Shown: one piece after another, positions 36,601 through 47,600 of the stretch
Layout of the letters: every line of letters begins with the position of its first letter
Numbering within the stretch: position 1 is the stretch's first letter
IMG/VR virus record: IMGVR_UViG_3300021959_000028
Span: 6,152 to 70,151 of that record
DNA length: 64,000 nt
Origin: a virus
Direction: 5' to 3' (one strand)
Translations under genes and position numbers: made by a program
The notes under the pieces: model-generated
Database searches by the model: none
What the model saw: only the letters and a program-made list of their open reading frames with translations
Told to the model about the DNA's origin: nothing

Positions 36601-38335
36601 CACAAACACTGGTACAAGTGTAGATACTGTAACACTAACACTTGACAGTCATACAACAGCTAATCCGGCAGTAATTCCAGATTCAACAACACTAAATTTA
36701 AAAGTTTATGATCCAAATATTGCTGCACCAAACGGACTAAGCACTAAAACTATTAATCCACCAGCAGGCACAGGAACGTCACCTAGAATTGCAGCAAACT
36801 TTACTGATAATGCAGGAGTTGCTGGATATGTTGCAGGTGATTCTATTCCAAGAATTGATTCAACAGTAGGAACAGTTGATTCGAGTACAATTACTACTTT
36901 TGCATACGATGCAGACAACGGTACATTATCTGCAGAAATTAATGGTAGTGCAGATGGCATAGTAACATTTGATAATACAGATAATTCTGGAACATACACA
37001 AGTTTAGTAGTAACAGAAGAATCAGATTATAACTTATTAAATGCATCAGGTAGTTCTGTTAGTTTTAATTCAAGCATATACCATCCAGGACTTTACAAAG
37101 GATTTAAAGCCAGAGTTTCTGCACTAGCAAATACGTTACAAGCTGGTGTACACGAGTATAAATTAACACATAGCACAACAGGATCTACTAACGGAGTAGT
37201 TTTTGTAAAAGATGACCTTACTACAGTTGCTACTGCAAGTGGAGGTTCTTTATCAGAAGCTACATCAGGAACATATAGATATGTAAGTGGTATACCTCAC
37301 TATAATACATCAGGACAATTAACACTATCAGGCGCAACAGCACAAAACCTAATAGGGCAAACTTATGCAGATGTTACAGATATTATTGAAGTAACAAGCG
37401 GCGCCGATTCTGAAGGTAGCGGCAGCGGAATAATAGAACAGAATTATAATTATACTTCTATCGACGGTACAGTATCAATGCTATCTGGAGGAATTCCGCT
37501 AGCAAATACAGGCATTCCTACAGCATATACATTTGGCGATTTAACTGTTGATATTAATGCAAGTAATGCAAGAGTGTCTGAGCAGTTACGTTATAGAGTA
37601 CAAAACGTTGAAGGATGGAGTAACATTGTTACACTTCCTGAAATTGTACAAATACACAGTGCAGCACAAAGTGGTATTAGTGAAATAGCAATCGATGTTA
37701 GCAACAGTTTAGGTTCAACATTTACAGATGACGGGCTAAGAATATTTGATCTTAATGCAGCAACTACAGATACTCCAGTGTTTAGTGGTGCTACAAACTA
37801 TTATACAAATAATGTTTACAGCGAAATAGCAGATCCTGGAGTTGCAGGAACACAAGAAGCAACTATTAGATATGGCGTATTAGAGCATAATGTTGATGAT
37901 TATAGCACAGGATACCTGCCAATAGGACCTGATCGCAGTGCAGATACAGGAACACAATATTTTACATTTGCATTCCGCCGAACTGTTGTTAGTAACTTTA
38001 CAATTAACATAACAAGTTCAACAGGAGTTGCAGGAGTGTTTATTGCTGCACCAGGTACTGCTATCGACAGTGCAAGTACAATTAACGGTTGGTTAGATTG
38101 TTCAGCACAATATGCAGGTTCGGGTGTACCAGGAGCGGATATCGGAAATGGCGGTAACGGATCAAATGGTTGTGCAAGCACAGGTGGTGATATAATTAAT
38201 TCCGGTGTATCATTAAGTGGTGGATATACAATGACATTAGGTACAGAAAACTTAACAAATGCTACAGGTAATGTTGCATTAGTAAGAATAGCATTAACAA
38301 CAGGGCAGCAAGTAACATCGCTGAGTATTACATAA
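33686..38335 (+). CDS. Large tail fibre/virion protein with pectin-lyase-like beta-helix and PKD domains
   Basis: KIYV...G.D...AYRTVKHAL...ISPGVFEEEFPLTVPAGVSVNGSGIRAT beta-helix start. PKD motifs YDIDWGDG and YEVNWGDG. Confidence 0.75.
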   Translation: MAVGRISGPLLKSNLLRDGVDLAFETDLLYLDVSNGRIGIKNAAPGYELDVTGTVNSTVTRTGQALIDNLDIDGNTIAAISGDVNINPAQPTDRVNIGAATIPNIYGDVLVDGQITATGNIIANGNIVLGDADTDSVQFIADVDSNIIPATDDTYTIGSAAQKWLEGHFTDLFVGGISISTGNGGSVALLADEVNKIYVHLGGSDVNGDGENVSTAYRTVKHALSQAVSGDAIVISPGVFEEEFPLTVPAGVSVNGSGIRATTIKPTVATQSEDGFLLNGDTTVQNLSVMDMLYDGGNGTGYAFQYASGATITRRSPYIKEVSVLNRGSVTSASDPFGFAQGDAGRGIKVDGSVLNAASLEAAMLFNAVTLIVPNSVGLELTNGARVEWLNSFVYFADVGIDAYEGINGKFSAGKTYLELSGVTGTIAVNDTATFVSTDAQTTININVDGIDGDTLIFDGRADDFEGFETTPGSITFAPSGASATSIVRYDRKDFGAEMRSIASANVYGDRGVRANGADVRLRLSSHDFGYIGAGGDFSNNDNLVNTANQVIELNEGRVFYSATDQYGDYRIGDLFLVDQDTGAVTFSGGQFDVTSLTGINFTDGNNTTIVDPTKVETGNIRISGNTIESLSGNIIIDPFDEIVDIDATGALKIPVGTTGEQPGTPVQGQIRFNTTDTAFEGYDGAAWSSLGGVKDTDQDTYIEAEETVDDDTLRFYTVATNRLEIDSNGQITAAAGYTPIADQDLVTKTYADTAGTPTDGTWSDGAYLGFTDADRIADVLDELNESLENVRRNTFVRSVTFTGSPTSGGEGTTVTLNLNVVGNANRYDIDWGDGNNTNGTTDSTPSHTYTDNTNSPYTVTVRAYNNGAISGSAGSEASATNVDYIIIYTADPVAAFSLYDVATGGAALTGNNLYVIEGNSLYLENTTSNTLMADVTYEVNWGDGSTNDTVADDTAAGGVSGARLQHTWQAGTNTGTSVDTVTLTLDSHTTANPAVIPDSTTLNLKVYDPNIAAPNGLSTKTINPPAGTGTSPRIAANFTDNAGVAGYVAGDSIPRIDSTVGTVDSSTITTFAYDADNGTLSAEINGSADGIVTFDNTDNSGTYTSLVVTEESDYNLLNASGSSVSFNSSIYHPGLYKGFKARVSALANTLQAGVHEYKLTHSTTGSTNGVVFVKDDLTTVATASGGSLSEATSGTYRYVSGIPHYNTSGQLTLSGATAQNLIGQTYADVTDIIEVTSGADSEGSGSGIIEQNYNYTSIDGTVSMLSGGIPLANTGIPTAYTFGDLTVDINASNARVSEQLRYRVQNVEGWSNIVTLPEIVQIHSAAQSGISEIAIDVSNSLGSTFTDDGLRIFDLNAATTDTPVFSGATNYYTNNVYSEIADPGVAGTQEATIRYGVLEHNVDDYSTGYLPIGPDRSADTGTQYFTFAFRRTVVSNFTINITSSTGVAGVFIAAPGTAIDSASTINGWLDCSAQYAGSGVPGADIGNGGNGSNGCASTGGDIINSGVSLSGGYTMTLGTENLTNATGNVALVRIALTTGQQVTSLSIT

Positions 38336-38344
38336 GGGGTAGAT

Positions 38345-39721
38345 ATGGCAATTAATGACACACAAAAACTTGATTACCTCTGGAAAAAGTTAGGTTACGG
38401 CGTAACTAAAACAGATATTAATAGTGTTAAGGCTGCTACTAACGAAAGTATAGCAAGTCCGTTACTATTGCGTGGCGATAAACTTTGGGCAGACTCTAAT
38501 TTAATACCTTCTACTATACCTAATGCAAGCACAGCAGTAGTAGAAATTTATGACGATAGCGGAAACGGAAGTGCAACTATAGAGTGTAGTGCTGATTTAA
38601 CATCAACACCAAATAGAACGTGGACTACAGGTATAACAGACTGGATACCACCAGAATTTGGTTCAACATATCAAGTTAAAGTTTACATTGATAGTGCAAG
38701 TGTAGCAGCACCTCAAAGTACTGGTACACAGATATTTGCAGCTGGCAGTGGCAACGACGACGAATGGTTTTTTGACTACCAATCAGGTGTATTACATTTT
38801 ATAGGTACAAATCTACCTAGTGGTATTAGCGGAAATGTAATATACATAGTCGGTGCTAGATATATTGGTCCGTTTGGTAGTAATAGTTCTAGCGTTAGTA
38901 CAGATAACATTGTTGCAAATACAGCAGAAATTGGTAGTTTAAAAGTTACTGATTTAACAAACAATAGAATAGTAATTGTAGGTGTTGACGGCGAAGTTGA
39001 AGATGATGCTAACTTTACATTTGACGGTACAACATTTAATATAGGTGCCGCAGCAGAATTTACTGTTGATGTTGCTACTGGTAATACCGATGTTGAAGGA
39101 ACTTTAGGCGTAACTGGAGAGTCGACGTTAGCAAGTGCAACAGTTAGTGACTTAACAGCAGGTCGTGTTGTTCTTGCAGGAACAAGCGGTGCTATTGAAG
39201 ATAGTGCTAACTTAACATTTGACGGTACGCTACTTACAGTAACTGGTAATGCTGAAATTACCGGTAACTTAACACTAGGCGGCAACATTACTATAGGCGA
39301 TGCAGATACAGATTCAATTACTGTTACTGCTGATTTTGAAAGTAGCTTAATTCCGGATGTTGATATCACTTATGACTTAGGAAGTCAATCTCAAAGATGG
39401 AACAACATTTACGGTAATAGTTTAAGCACTGTAGAATTACAAGGCGGAAACATTAAAGTTAGTGGAGACACTATTGAAAATGTTGTCACTGATACTGGAA
39501 TAACAATAAGCCCTAACGGTACAGGAACGCTAACAATTGATACAGCATCAGCTGTAAAATTACCGGTCGGTGATGATAGTACAAGACCAAGTGTTGCAGA
39601 AGAAGGACAAATTCGATACAACACTACAAGTACAAGAGTTGAAAATTTTAATGCAGATGGAGCCTGGGTGTCATTAGCAACTGAAGATGACGCAATAGCA
39701 TTTGCAATAGCACTAGGATAA
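38345..39721 (+). CDS. Tail fibre-associated structural protein
   Basis: Shaft repeats (VTDLTNNRIV, YDLGSQSQRW, GQIRYNT) and C-terminal AIAFAIALG. Confidence 0.7.
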   Translation: MAINDTQKLDYLWKKLGYGVTKTDINSVKAATNESIASPLLLRGDKLWADSNLIPSTIPNASTAVVEIYDDSGNGSATIECSADLTSTPNRTWTTGITDWIPPEFGSTYQVKVYIDSASVAAPQSTGTQIFAAGSGNDDEWFFDYQSGVLHFIGTNLPSGISGNVIYIVGARYIGPFGSNSSSVSTDNIVANTAEIGSLKVTDLTNNRIVIVGVDGEVEDDANFTFDGTTFNIGAAAEFTVDVATGNTDVEGTLGVTGESTLASATVSDLTAGRVVLAGTSGAIEDSANLTFDGTLLTVTGNAEITGNLTLGGNITIGDADTDSITVTADFESSLIPDVDITYDLGSQSQRWNNIYGNSLSTVELQGGNIKVSGDTIENVVTDTGITISPNGTGTLTIDTASAVKLPVGDDSTRPSVAEEGQIRYNTTSTRVENFNADGAWVSLATEDDAIAFAIALG

Positions 39722-39725
39722 TACG

Positions 39726-40055
39726 ATGGCAAATACATTTAATAATAACGCAATTACATCAGTAGGAGCAACACCAACAGAATTATATAGCACTGGTGCT
39801 GGAAAAAAAGCTACTGTAATTGGAATTAACATCGCAAATATAACACAAGAAACAGTTACTTGTGATATTATATTTGAAGACGATCTTTCGCAAGCATTTT
39901 TTGTTGTAAAGGAAGCAGTTATACCTTCAGGAAATTCGTTAGCTGCAATAGGTGGAGATCAAAAACTAGCATTAAATGCTAACAATAGAATTTTAATCAA
40001 TGCAAATACTGCCAATGCAATTGATGGAATAATAAGTGTACTGGAGATAACATAA
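39726..40055 (+). CDS. Small virion structural protein
   Basis: MANTFNN...TVIGINIANIT...GGDQKLAL...ISVLEIT. Confidence 0.75.
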   Translation: MANTFNNNAITSVGATPTELYSTGAGKKATVIGINIANITQETVTCDIIFEDDLSQAFFVVKEAVIPSGNSLAAIGGDQKLALNANNRILINANTANAIDGIISVLEIT

Positions 40056-40056
40056 A

Positions 40057-43000
40057 ATGAGTAGCGGATATATTGGAAGAGGACCACTAGGATCAATTGA
40101 AGAAATCTTTCGCGATGTTCTATTAACAACCCCGATCAAATATAAAGGGTATTGGACACCTAATACAATTTATAACGAAAACGATTTGATTCAAAATGAT
40201 TCAGGTGCTGCTTATATTGTTAGTACGACACACACTTCTGGTACAGACTTTAATGATAATTTAGACAAAGTTACATTATTAGCTGGCAGTATTACAATTG
40301 GCGGTGTTTATGATAATGCTGAAACTTACTTAGATGGTCAAATAATTGAATATCAAGGTGGTTTGTATCTTGCTGAAACAACAACTACAGGCAATCTCCC
40401 AACTGATACAAACTTTTGGAAACTTATTACTTCAGACTTAGGTAGACAACCGGCTGACTCAGTAAACATTACAGGCGGTGATATTACTGTTGATAATTTT
40501 GGTACAACTAATGTTACATCGAGTCTTATTCCAGATACAGATGTAACATACGACTTAGGTAGTGCGACATTTAAATGGAACGATCTGTACTTAGCAGGTA
40601 ATTCGATTTTCTTAGGCGATGCAACTATTAGTTCAGATGGAACTAGTGTTACGATCACTACGGCAGACGGAAATAACTTTGTTCTAACAGGCGACGGTAT
40701 TGCATCTAGTGCAGAAATACAATTTGTAACAAACCAAATTACAACTACTACAGCTGATACCGACTTAAGAGTTAGTACAGTAGGTACAGGTGAAATTGAT
40801 TTAGAAGCAACAACAAATATTACTGGAGACTTAACTGTAAGTTCAGGAAATATTACATCTGCTTCTTCTACATCGAACTTAATGACTACTACTGATGATG
40901 TTAATATTGGTAGTAATACACAAACTGTTCCTGGAACATTTGACGGCACAACAACCATACGCAATAACTTAACAATCGACGGTTTAACAACAGTTAAAAG
41001 TCACGTTCTACCTGATGTTACTGAAACATATGATTTAGGTAGTCCAACAAACAGATTTAATACATTATATCTAAGTGGTGCAACCATCGACTTAGGCGAT
41101 GGTCAAATTAGTTTTAACCAAGGTAACTTCCAGTTTGTAGGTGGATTTGGCGACCAAACAGAAATTACAACAGACAAAGCAACATTTAATCTTGTTGACG
41201 ATACTGCAACAACAATTAATTTTGGTGGTGCAGCAACTAACGTTCAGATTGGTTCAGCAGCAGGAACTACATTTATTAACAATAGTTTAGATGTTGCTGG
41301 AGATCTTGATGTAACTGGCGCAACAACACTATCAACTGCAAGTGTTACAGATTTAACAAACGGAAGAATTGTGCTTGCTGGAGCAAGTGGTGAATTACAA
41401 GATGATGCAAACTTTACATTTGACGGTACAACGTTCTCAGTTACTGGAGGCACAGTACTTACTGGACAAGTACAAATTGTAAGTACTACGGCATTAACTG
41501 TTCCTGTCGGTAGCGAACTTGATAAATCTAACTTTAGTGCAGAAACTGGACAAATTAGATTTAATACAGCAAGCGGATCGTTTGAAGGTTATCAAGGTAC
41601 TGTTTGGAGTAGTTTAGGTGGTGTAAAAAGTGTAGACGGCTTAACATATATTAGTGCAGAACTAAATCCAGGCGACAGTGACGATACGCTACGTTTCTAT
41701 ACTGACAACACACTACAGATGTTATTAACTACTTCTGCACTTGATATAGAAAGTACTGTTACTTCTGTTAATGTTAAAAGTACAACAGGTTCTACTAGCT
41801 CTTCAACTGGTGCTCTAATTGTATCAGGCGGAGTTGGCATAGGAGAAAACTTATATGTTGGCGGTGAGCTTAACATTACTGGAAATACTAGTTTAGGTGC
41901 TGATTTAGTTGTTACCGGAGACTTAACAGTTAACGGAACAACTACAACTGTAAATTCAACCGCAGTAAGTGTTGATGATATTAATATAATATTAGGCGAC
42001 ACTGCAAGTCCGAGTAATGTTACAGCCGACGGCGGCGGCATTACACTTAAAGGCACTACAGATAAAACACTAGCATGGAGTACAACTACAACTAGTTGGA
42101 CTTCGAGCGAAAACTTTGATCTAGCAAATTCAAAAACATATAAAATTGCTGGAGTAGATGTTTTAACTGCATCAGCATTACTTGGAAGTGCTACAAACGC
42201 TACAGTAGCAGGCGCAGCAGACACACTAGTTGTTGGTGCAGATAATTCAGGTACGCTAAGTTTAAGAAATGCTACTGTAGATATTGAAAATAATGCTACA
42301 ATTGGTGGAACATTAGATGTTACTGGAAATTTTGCAGTTAATACAGATAAATTTACAGTTGATGCTGCAACAGGAAATACTGTAGTTGCAGGAACACTAA
42401 CAGTTAATGGTACTACTGTATATGACGGTGAAAATAGTGTAACAGGATTGTTTACAGCTGAAGGAGGATTGTTAGTTGAAGGCGACGGAACTGGAACGCA
42501 ATTCTTAACAGTTAATGACGGAACAACAACAGTATTCCAAGTTGATAGCTCTAACGGTAATACAACAGTAGAAGGTACACTTGATGTAACTGGTGCCGTT
42601 ACACTTGGATCATTAGAGACAACAACTGGATCATTTAGCGGACAGATTACTTCAACGGTTTCAACAGGTACTGCTCCGCTTGTAATTGCATCAACTACAC
42701 TTGTTGATAATTTAAATGCTGATCAAGTTGACGGCTTTGATGCAGGAACTGCAAATACTGCAAGTACAATTGTTGTAAGAGACGCTAATAATAATATTAA
42801 TCTTACTAGTTTAACAGTAAGCGGATCGAGCTCAGGAACTACAATAGTTCAAGCTGAAAATAATGCAAGTGGAACACTAACACTTCCTAGCGTAACTGAT
42901 ACACTTGTAGGTAAAACTACTACTGATTCGTTCAGCAATAAAACTATTAATCTAGCAAATAATACTCTAACAGGAACTATTGCACAATTTAATACTGCAC

Positions 43001-44580
43001 TAAGTGATGCAGATTTTGCAACAATAGCAGGCACAGAAACATTATCTAACAAAACTTTTAATCTTACAGATAATACACTAACTGGTACAACTGCACAATT
43101 TAATACTGCACTAAGTGACGGTGATTTTGCTACACTTGCTGGTACCGAAGACCTTACAAACAAAACTATTACTAATCCTACAATCAATGCAGGAACAGGT
43201 GTTATTGTATTACCTAACACAGCAGTTCCAGGACAAACAAGTAATGGTAGTGTTGTTTGGGACAATGACAACTTCTTACTAACAATTGGTACAGGATCAG
43301 GACGTAAAACACTAGTTGATTTAGATAGCACACAAACACTAACAAACAAAACACTAACAAGTCCAACAATTACAGGCGTTAGCCCAACTATTACACTTGG
43401 TGGTGATTTAAGTGGTAGTGTAACACTTACTGACTTAGGTAGCGGAACTTTAAGTGCAACAATACAACCTAATAGTGTTGCACTGGGTACTGACACAACT
43501 GGTAATTATATTGCTACTATTACTGGTACTGCAAACCAAATTAGTGTAACAGGAAGTGGATCTGAAACAGCAGCAGTTACACTTGCATTACCGCAAGATA
43601 TTGCACTAACATCTAGTCCTACATTTGGTAGTGCTACACTTAACCAAATACAAGTAGGTATAACAGCAGTAAACGAAATAGATACAACTGCTGGTAATCT
43701 TGTACTTGACAGTGCAGGCGGAACTGTTGAGATTGATGACAACTTAACTGTTGCAGGCGATCTTACAGTCAATGGTACAACAACATATGTAAACTCAACT
43801 GTTACCGAAATACTTGATCCTATAATGACATTAGGTGGCGAAGCAGATGGTGGTGCAGCAAGTACAGATGATAACAAAGACAGAGGTATTGCATTTAAAT
43901 GGAACGATGGCATTGAATCTTTAAACGGTTTCTTTGGTTTTGATGATTCAACTGGATACTTTACATTTGTTCCTGATGCAACAATTACAGGAGAAGTTAT
44001 AAGCGGAACAGCAGGCGATATGCAAGCAACTAACTTCCGTGGTAACTTAATTTCTGATACTGCAACAATTGCTAGTGGACTTACTGCACTAGGCGATGTT
44101 CAAATTACTCCTGCTACAGGTAAAACACTAGAAATTACCCCTGTTGATACAGGTACTATGGATAATGTTGACATTGGTTCTACAACAAGAGGCAGTGGTG
44201 CATTTACAACACTTACATCAAACGGTGCAACTACATTTACTGCTGGCACATCAAGCACAGATAGTACAACAGGTACAGTGGTTGTAACAGGCGGTGTTGG
44301 TATTAGTGAAAACTTAAATGTTGGAACAAATGCAGATATCACTGGAACACTTACTGTAGACGGTGATGTTACATTTAATACAACACTAACTGTTCCAAAT
44401 GGAGGTACAGGAATAACAACTGCTACTGCAAATGGAATAGTATATGGAAACGGAACTAGTGCGTTTGGTGTTACTGCCGCAGCAGGAACAAGTGATGCAT
44501 CAACATCAAACGAAATTTTAACTGTAGATGGCAGCGGCGTGCCGGTTTGGACCGATGTTATAGATGGCGGCACATTTTAA
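40057..44580 (+). CDS. Long tail fibre protein
   Basis: N-terminal CBM-like W..Y repeats, many GDLTVNGTTTTVNST and TLTNKT shaft repeats, C-terminal IDGGTF. Confidence 0.75.
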   Translation: MSSGYIGRGPLGSIEEIFRDVLLTTPIKYKGYWTPNTIYNENDLIQNDSGAAYIVSTTHTSGTDFNDNLDKVTLLAGSITIGGVYDNAETYLDGQIIEYQGGLYLAETTTTGNLPTDTNFWKLITSDLGRQPADSVNITGGDITVDNFGTTNVTSSLIPDTDVTYDLGSATFKWNDLYLAGNSIFLGDATISSDGTSVTITTADGNNFVLTGDGIASSAEIQFVTNQITTTTADTDLRVSTVGTGEIDLEATTNITGDLTVSSGNITSASSTSNLMTTTDDVNIGSNTQTVPGTFDGTTTIRNNLTIDGLTTVKSHVLPDVTETYDLGSPTNRFNTLYLSGATIDLGDGQISFNQGNFQFVGGFGDQTEITTDKATFNLVDDTATTINFGGAATNVQIGSAAGTTFINNSLDVAGDLDVTGATTLSTASVTDLTNGRIVLAGASGELQDDANFTFDGTTFSVTGGTVLTGQVQIVSTTALTVPVGSELDKSNFSAETGQIRFNTASGSFEGYQGTVWSSLGGVKSVDGLTYISAELNPGDSDDTLRFYTDNTLQMLLTTSALDIESTVTSVNVKSTTGSTSSSTGALIVSGGVGIGENLYVGGELNITGNTSLGADLVVTGDLTVNGTTTTVNSTAVSVDDINIILGDTASPSNVTADGGGITLKGTTDKTLAWSTTTTSWTSSENFDLANSKTYKIAGVDVLTASALLGSATNATVAGAADTLVVGADNSGTLSLRNATVDIENNATIGGTLDVTGNFAVNTDKFTVDAATGNTVVAGTLTVNGTTVYDGENSVTGLFTAEGGLLVEGDGTGTQFLTVNDGTTTVFQVDSSNGNTTVEGTLDVTGAVTLGSLETTTGSFSGQITSTVSTGTAPLVIASTTLVDNLNADQVDGFDAGTANTASTIVVRDANNNINLTSLTVSGSSSGTTIVQAENNASGTLTLPSVTDTLVGKTTTDSFSNKTINLANNTLTGTIAQFNTALSDADFATIAGTETLSNKTFNLTDNTLTGTTAQFNTALSDGDFATLAGTEDLTNKTITNPTINAGTGVIVLPNTAVPGQTSNGSVVWDNDNFLLTIGTGSGRKTLVDLDSTQTLTNKTLTSPTITGVSPTITLGGDLSGSVTLTDLGSGTLSATIQPNSVALGTDTTGNYIATITGTANQISVTGSGSETAAVTLALPQDIALTSSPTFGSATLNQIQVGITAVNEIDTTAGNLVLDSAGGTVEIDDNLTVAGDLTVNGTTTYVNSTVTEILDPIMTLGGEADGGAASTDDNKDRGIAFKWNDGIESLNGFFGFDDSTGYFTFVPDATITGEVISGTAGDMQATNFRGNLISDTATIASGLTALGDVQITPATGKTLEITPVDTGTMDNVDIGSTTRGSGAFTTLTSNGATTFTAGTSSTDSTTGTVVVTGGVGISENLNVGTNADITGTLTVDGDVTFNTTLTVPNGGTGITTATANGIVYGNGTSAFGVTAAAGTSDASTSNEILTVDGSGVPVWTDVIDGGTF

Positions 44581-44613
44581 AATAAATATATAAAATTACT
44601 TAGGAAGCAATAA

Positions 44614-47600
44614 ATGTCAACAAAAATTGTACACAAAAGAAGTTCAGTAGCTAACAGACAACCACAAGCAGCGGATCTTGTAGCAGGTGAATTAGCAATT
44701 AATACTAACGATGGTAAAATATTCCTTAAAAAGGATGATAATACTGTTGTCGATACTACTAAACAAATATTTGATCAGGATACTAGTGTTGTAACTTCGG
44801 ATACAGGCACAGGAACTATTACTGCAAATGTTGACGGAACACAAAAACTGCAAATTAGTGCAGACGGTGTAACAGTAGACGGTCCAATTACTGTTAACAG
44901 CAAAGAAACACTGTTCTTTAACGATGCTGACAATGACAAATATGTTGCCTTCCAAGCTCCTGACACAGTAGACTATAGTTATGTTGTAAAACTTCCTAGT
45001 AACCAGCCACCTAATCCAGGTGTACTAAGTTTAGATGGCAAAGGTAATGCTGAATGGAGTCGTACAGACCTGTTCGGCGGTAACAGAATTTATGTTTCAG
45101 ACGAGTACGGTAATGACGTAAATGACGGTAGAACACTTCCTGTTAAAACAATCAAACGTGCTGCACAACTTGCAGCAAGTTTAGGACACAAGCCTGATGT
45201 TGACCCGGGTGTTGCTGCTTACAATGCTCAACGTTTGTTAGAAGATAATAGAACTTATATCCAAAAAGAAACTATTGGATTTATTGAACGTAACTTTGTT
45301 GATTTTGATAGTTACTATGACAGTGCAAAATGTGAAAGAGACATTGGCTATATTGTTGATGCAGCAAGTTATGACCTTGCACTAGGTACAAACTATAATG
45401 CAGTTTATAACGGTATCGCTTATACAAGAGCAAACTCTAACTATCTACAAGCATACCAAAATATCCAAACAGTAGGTGCAATTACATTTGCAAAAGGTGA
45501 AGCAAACACTGCACTAGCAGGAAGTGTACCAGCACAAACAGCAAGTGATGCAGCATTTGACGAAGTACTTGATATCCTACAAAATGGAACTACAAGTGTA
45601 GCAGATCCAGGCGACGGTGTTGCAGATGCACTAACTTTTCCAGCAGCAACAACTACTAGTACTGACGAAGAAAATGCTAAAGACCAGTTACAAGCGAACA
45701 GAGATTTCTTAAAAGCAGAAGTTATTGCTTATATCGCTGCTAACTATCCTGATTTAACTTACGATAGTGTGAAATGCGCTAGAGACGTAGGATATATTGT
45801 AGATGCATTATGTTACGACATTATGTATGGCGGTAACAGCGCAAGTGTACGTGTAGCTGAATCATACTTTGTTGGTGCAGCAAGCCAGTTAGGTGCCGGA
45901 CAAGCAACTGCTACAGCAGCAGCATATGACTATCTTGCAACTATTGTTGGTTATGTAATTACAGAAAACACAAGCTGGACACCGCTAAACTCTACAGAAA
46001 CACAAGACGTTACTGGTACTGCTGCAACTGCTACAGAAGCTACTACTGCTGACGGTCTTGTACAAATTATTGAAGATGTAATCACTGCTGGAGATTTAAC
46101 AGGCCTTCCAAGTGTAACAAATCCTGTTGTATCAGGCGAAACACTAGCAAGTAGTTTTACAGCATTGCAAACAGCAAAATCAACTATCCAGTCAGATACT
46201 ACAACTTATATTACTAACACTTACAACGGATTTACATACAACAGTGCAACTTGTGAGCGTGATGTTGGATTAATTATTGATGCTGTTGTCTACAACTTAA
46301 TACTAGGCGGCAACAATAAAGCAGTTGCCGCAGGGGAAAGTTATCTAAGCGTAACTGAAGTAATCAACAACCAAAAAGAAGAAACACTTTATGCTATTGC
46401 ATTTGCTAGAGATCTTGCACTAGCACTTATACAAAATGACACACTTGCTGCACAATATCAAAATTTAATTGATCCTGTAGCTTGGCCACAAGCAACCGGC
46501 GCTGGCGCAGTAACTACAGTTACAAACTTGTTTAATACAGTATATGATATTCTTGACACTGGAACTAGTCCGACAGTAGTAGAAGCAGCATTTTATACTA
46601 TTCCAATTACTATTATTGTATCCGGCGGCGACTTTTATGTTGATAACCCAATTATTATTCCAGACAAAGTAAGTATTGTAGGCGATGGTATCCGTGCTGT
46701 TGTTATTCGTCCACTAAATGCTAACAAAGATATGTTCCGTGTACGTAATGGTGCATATATGGCAGGTATTACATTCCGTGACGGATTAGATGCAAGCGAT
46801 GTTCCTAGTTACACATTTAACTGGGCTGTTGCATTTGATGATCCGACAGATACAAGTGTTGATCGTATTGGTTATTTTGGTATTAGCAACGATAAACCAA
46901 CTATTACACTATCCCCGTATGTACAAAACTGTTCGATTATTTCGTTCTTAGGTGGTAACGGTGTTCTAGTTGATGGTTCTAAAGTTGTAACTCCTAACAC
47001 ACCGGTTAACTCAATTGAAGCAGAAAACCCTGTAGTCGGAGACATACCAGAGCAAGGTAAATCAATGATTGCCAACGCATTTACAATGATCAGTTTTGGA
47101 GGCACAGGATGGGTTGTAAGTAATGACGGTTATGCACAGATTGTTAGCTGTTTCCAAATTTTCTGTCTAAACGGATCTTGGACTCAATCAGGCGGTTATC
47201 TATCTATTACAAACTCAGCAACAAACTTTGGTATATATGCTCTAAGATCGAGCGGGTATAGCGCAGGCAGTTTTGAATTTGACCGAGGTATTGTTGCTGC
47301 GACAGGTACTAGTGACGGTATACAAACATTTACTACTATCGGTACTAGACGTGAACCAATATCACAATATGTAATACAATTACACGACGAAGCAACCGAC
47401 GCTAACATTACACCAAACTTTAAACAAGCAACATCGGAAGTAAGTTTTGATGCATCAACTGATTTAAACACGTCAACAGAACAATTTTTAATTGCAGGAC
47501 ACGGTTTTTCAAACGGAGAAAAAGTTACATATGATGCAAACGGTAACACACCTATACTAGGGTTAATTGATCAAGCAACCTATTATGTACAAGTTGTGTC

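Noticed and set aside
44614-44760. Diversity-generating retroelement, suggested by the Mtd-N-like N-terminus
   Set aside because: No reverse transcriptase and no adenine-specific TR/VR repeat pair was seen in the window.
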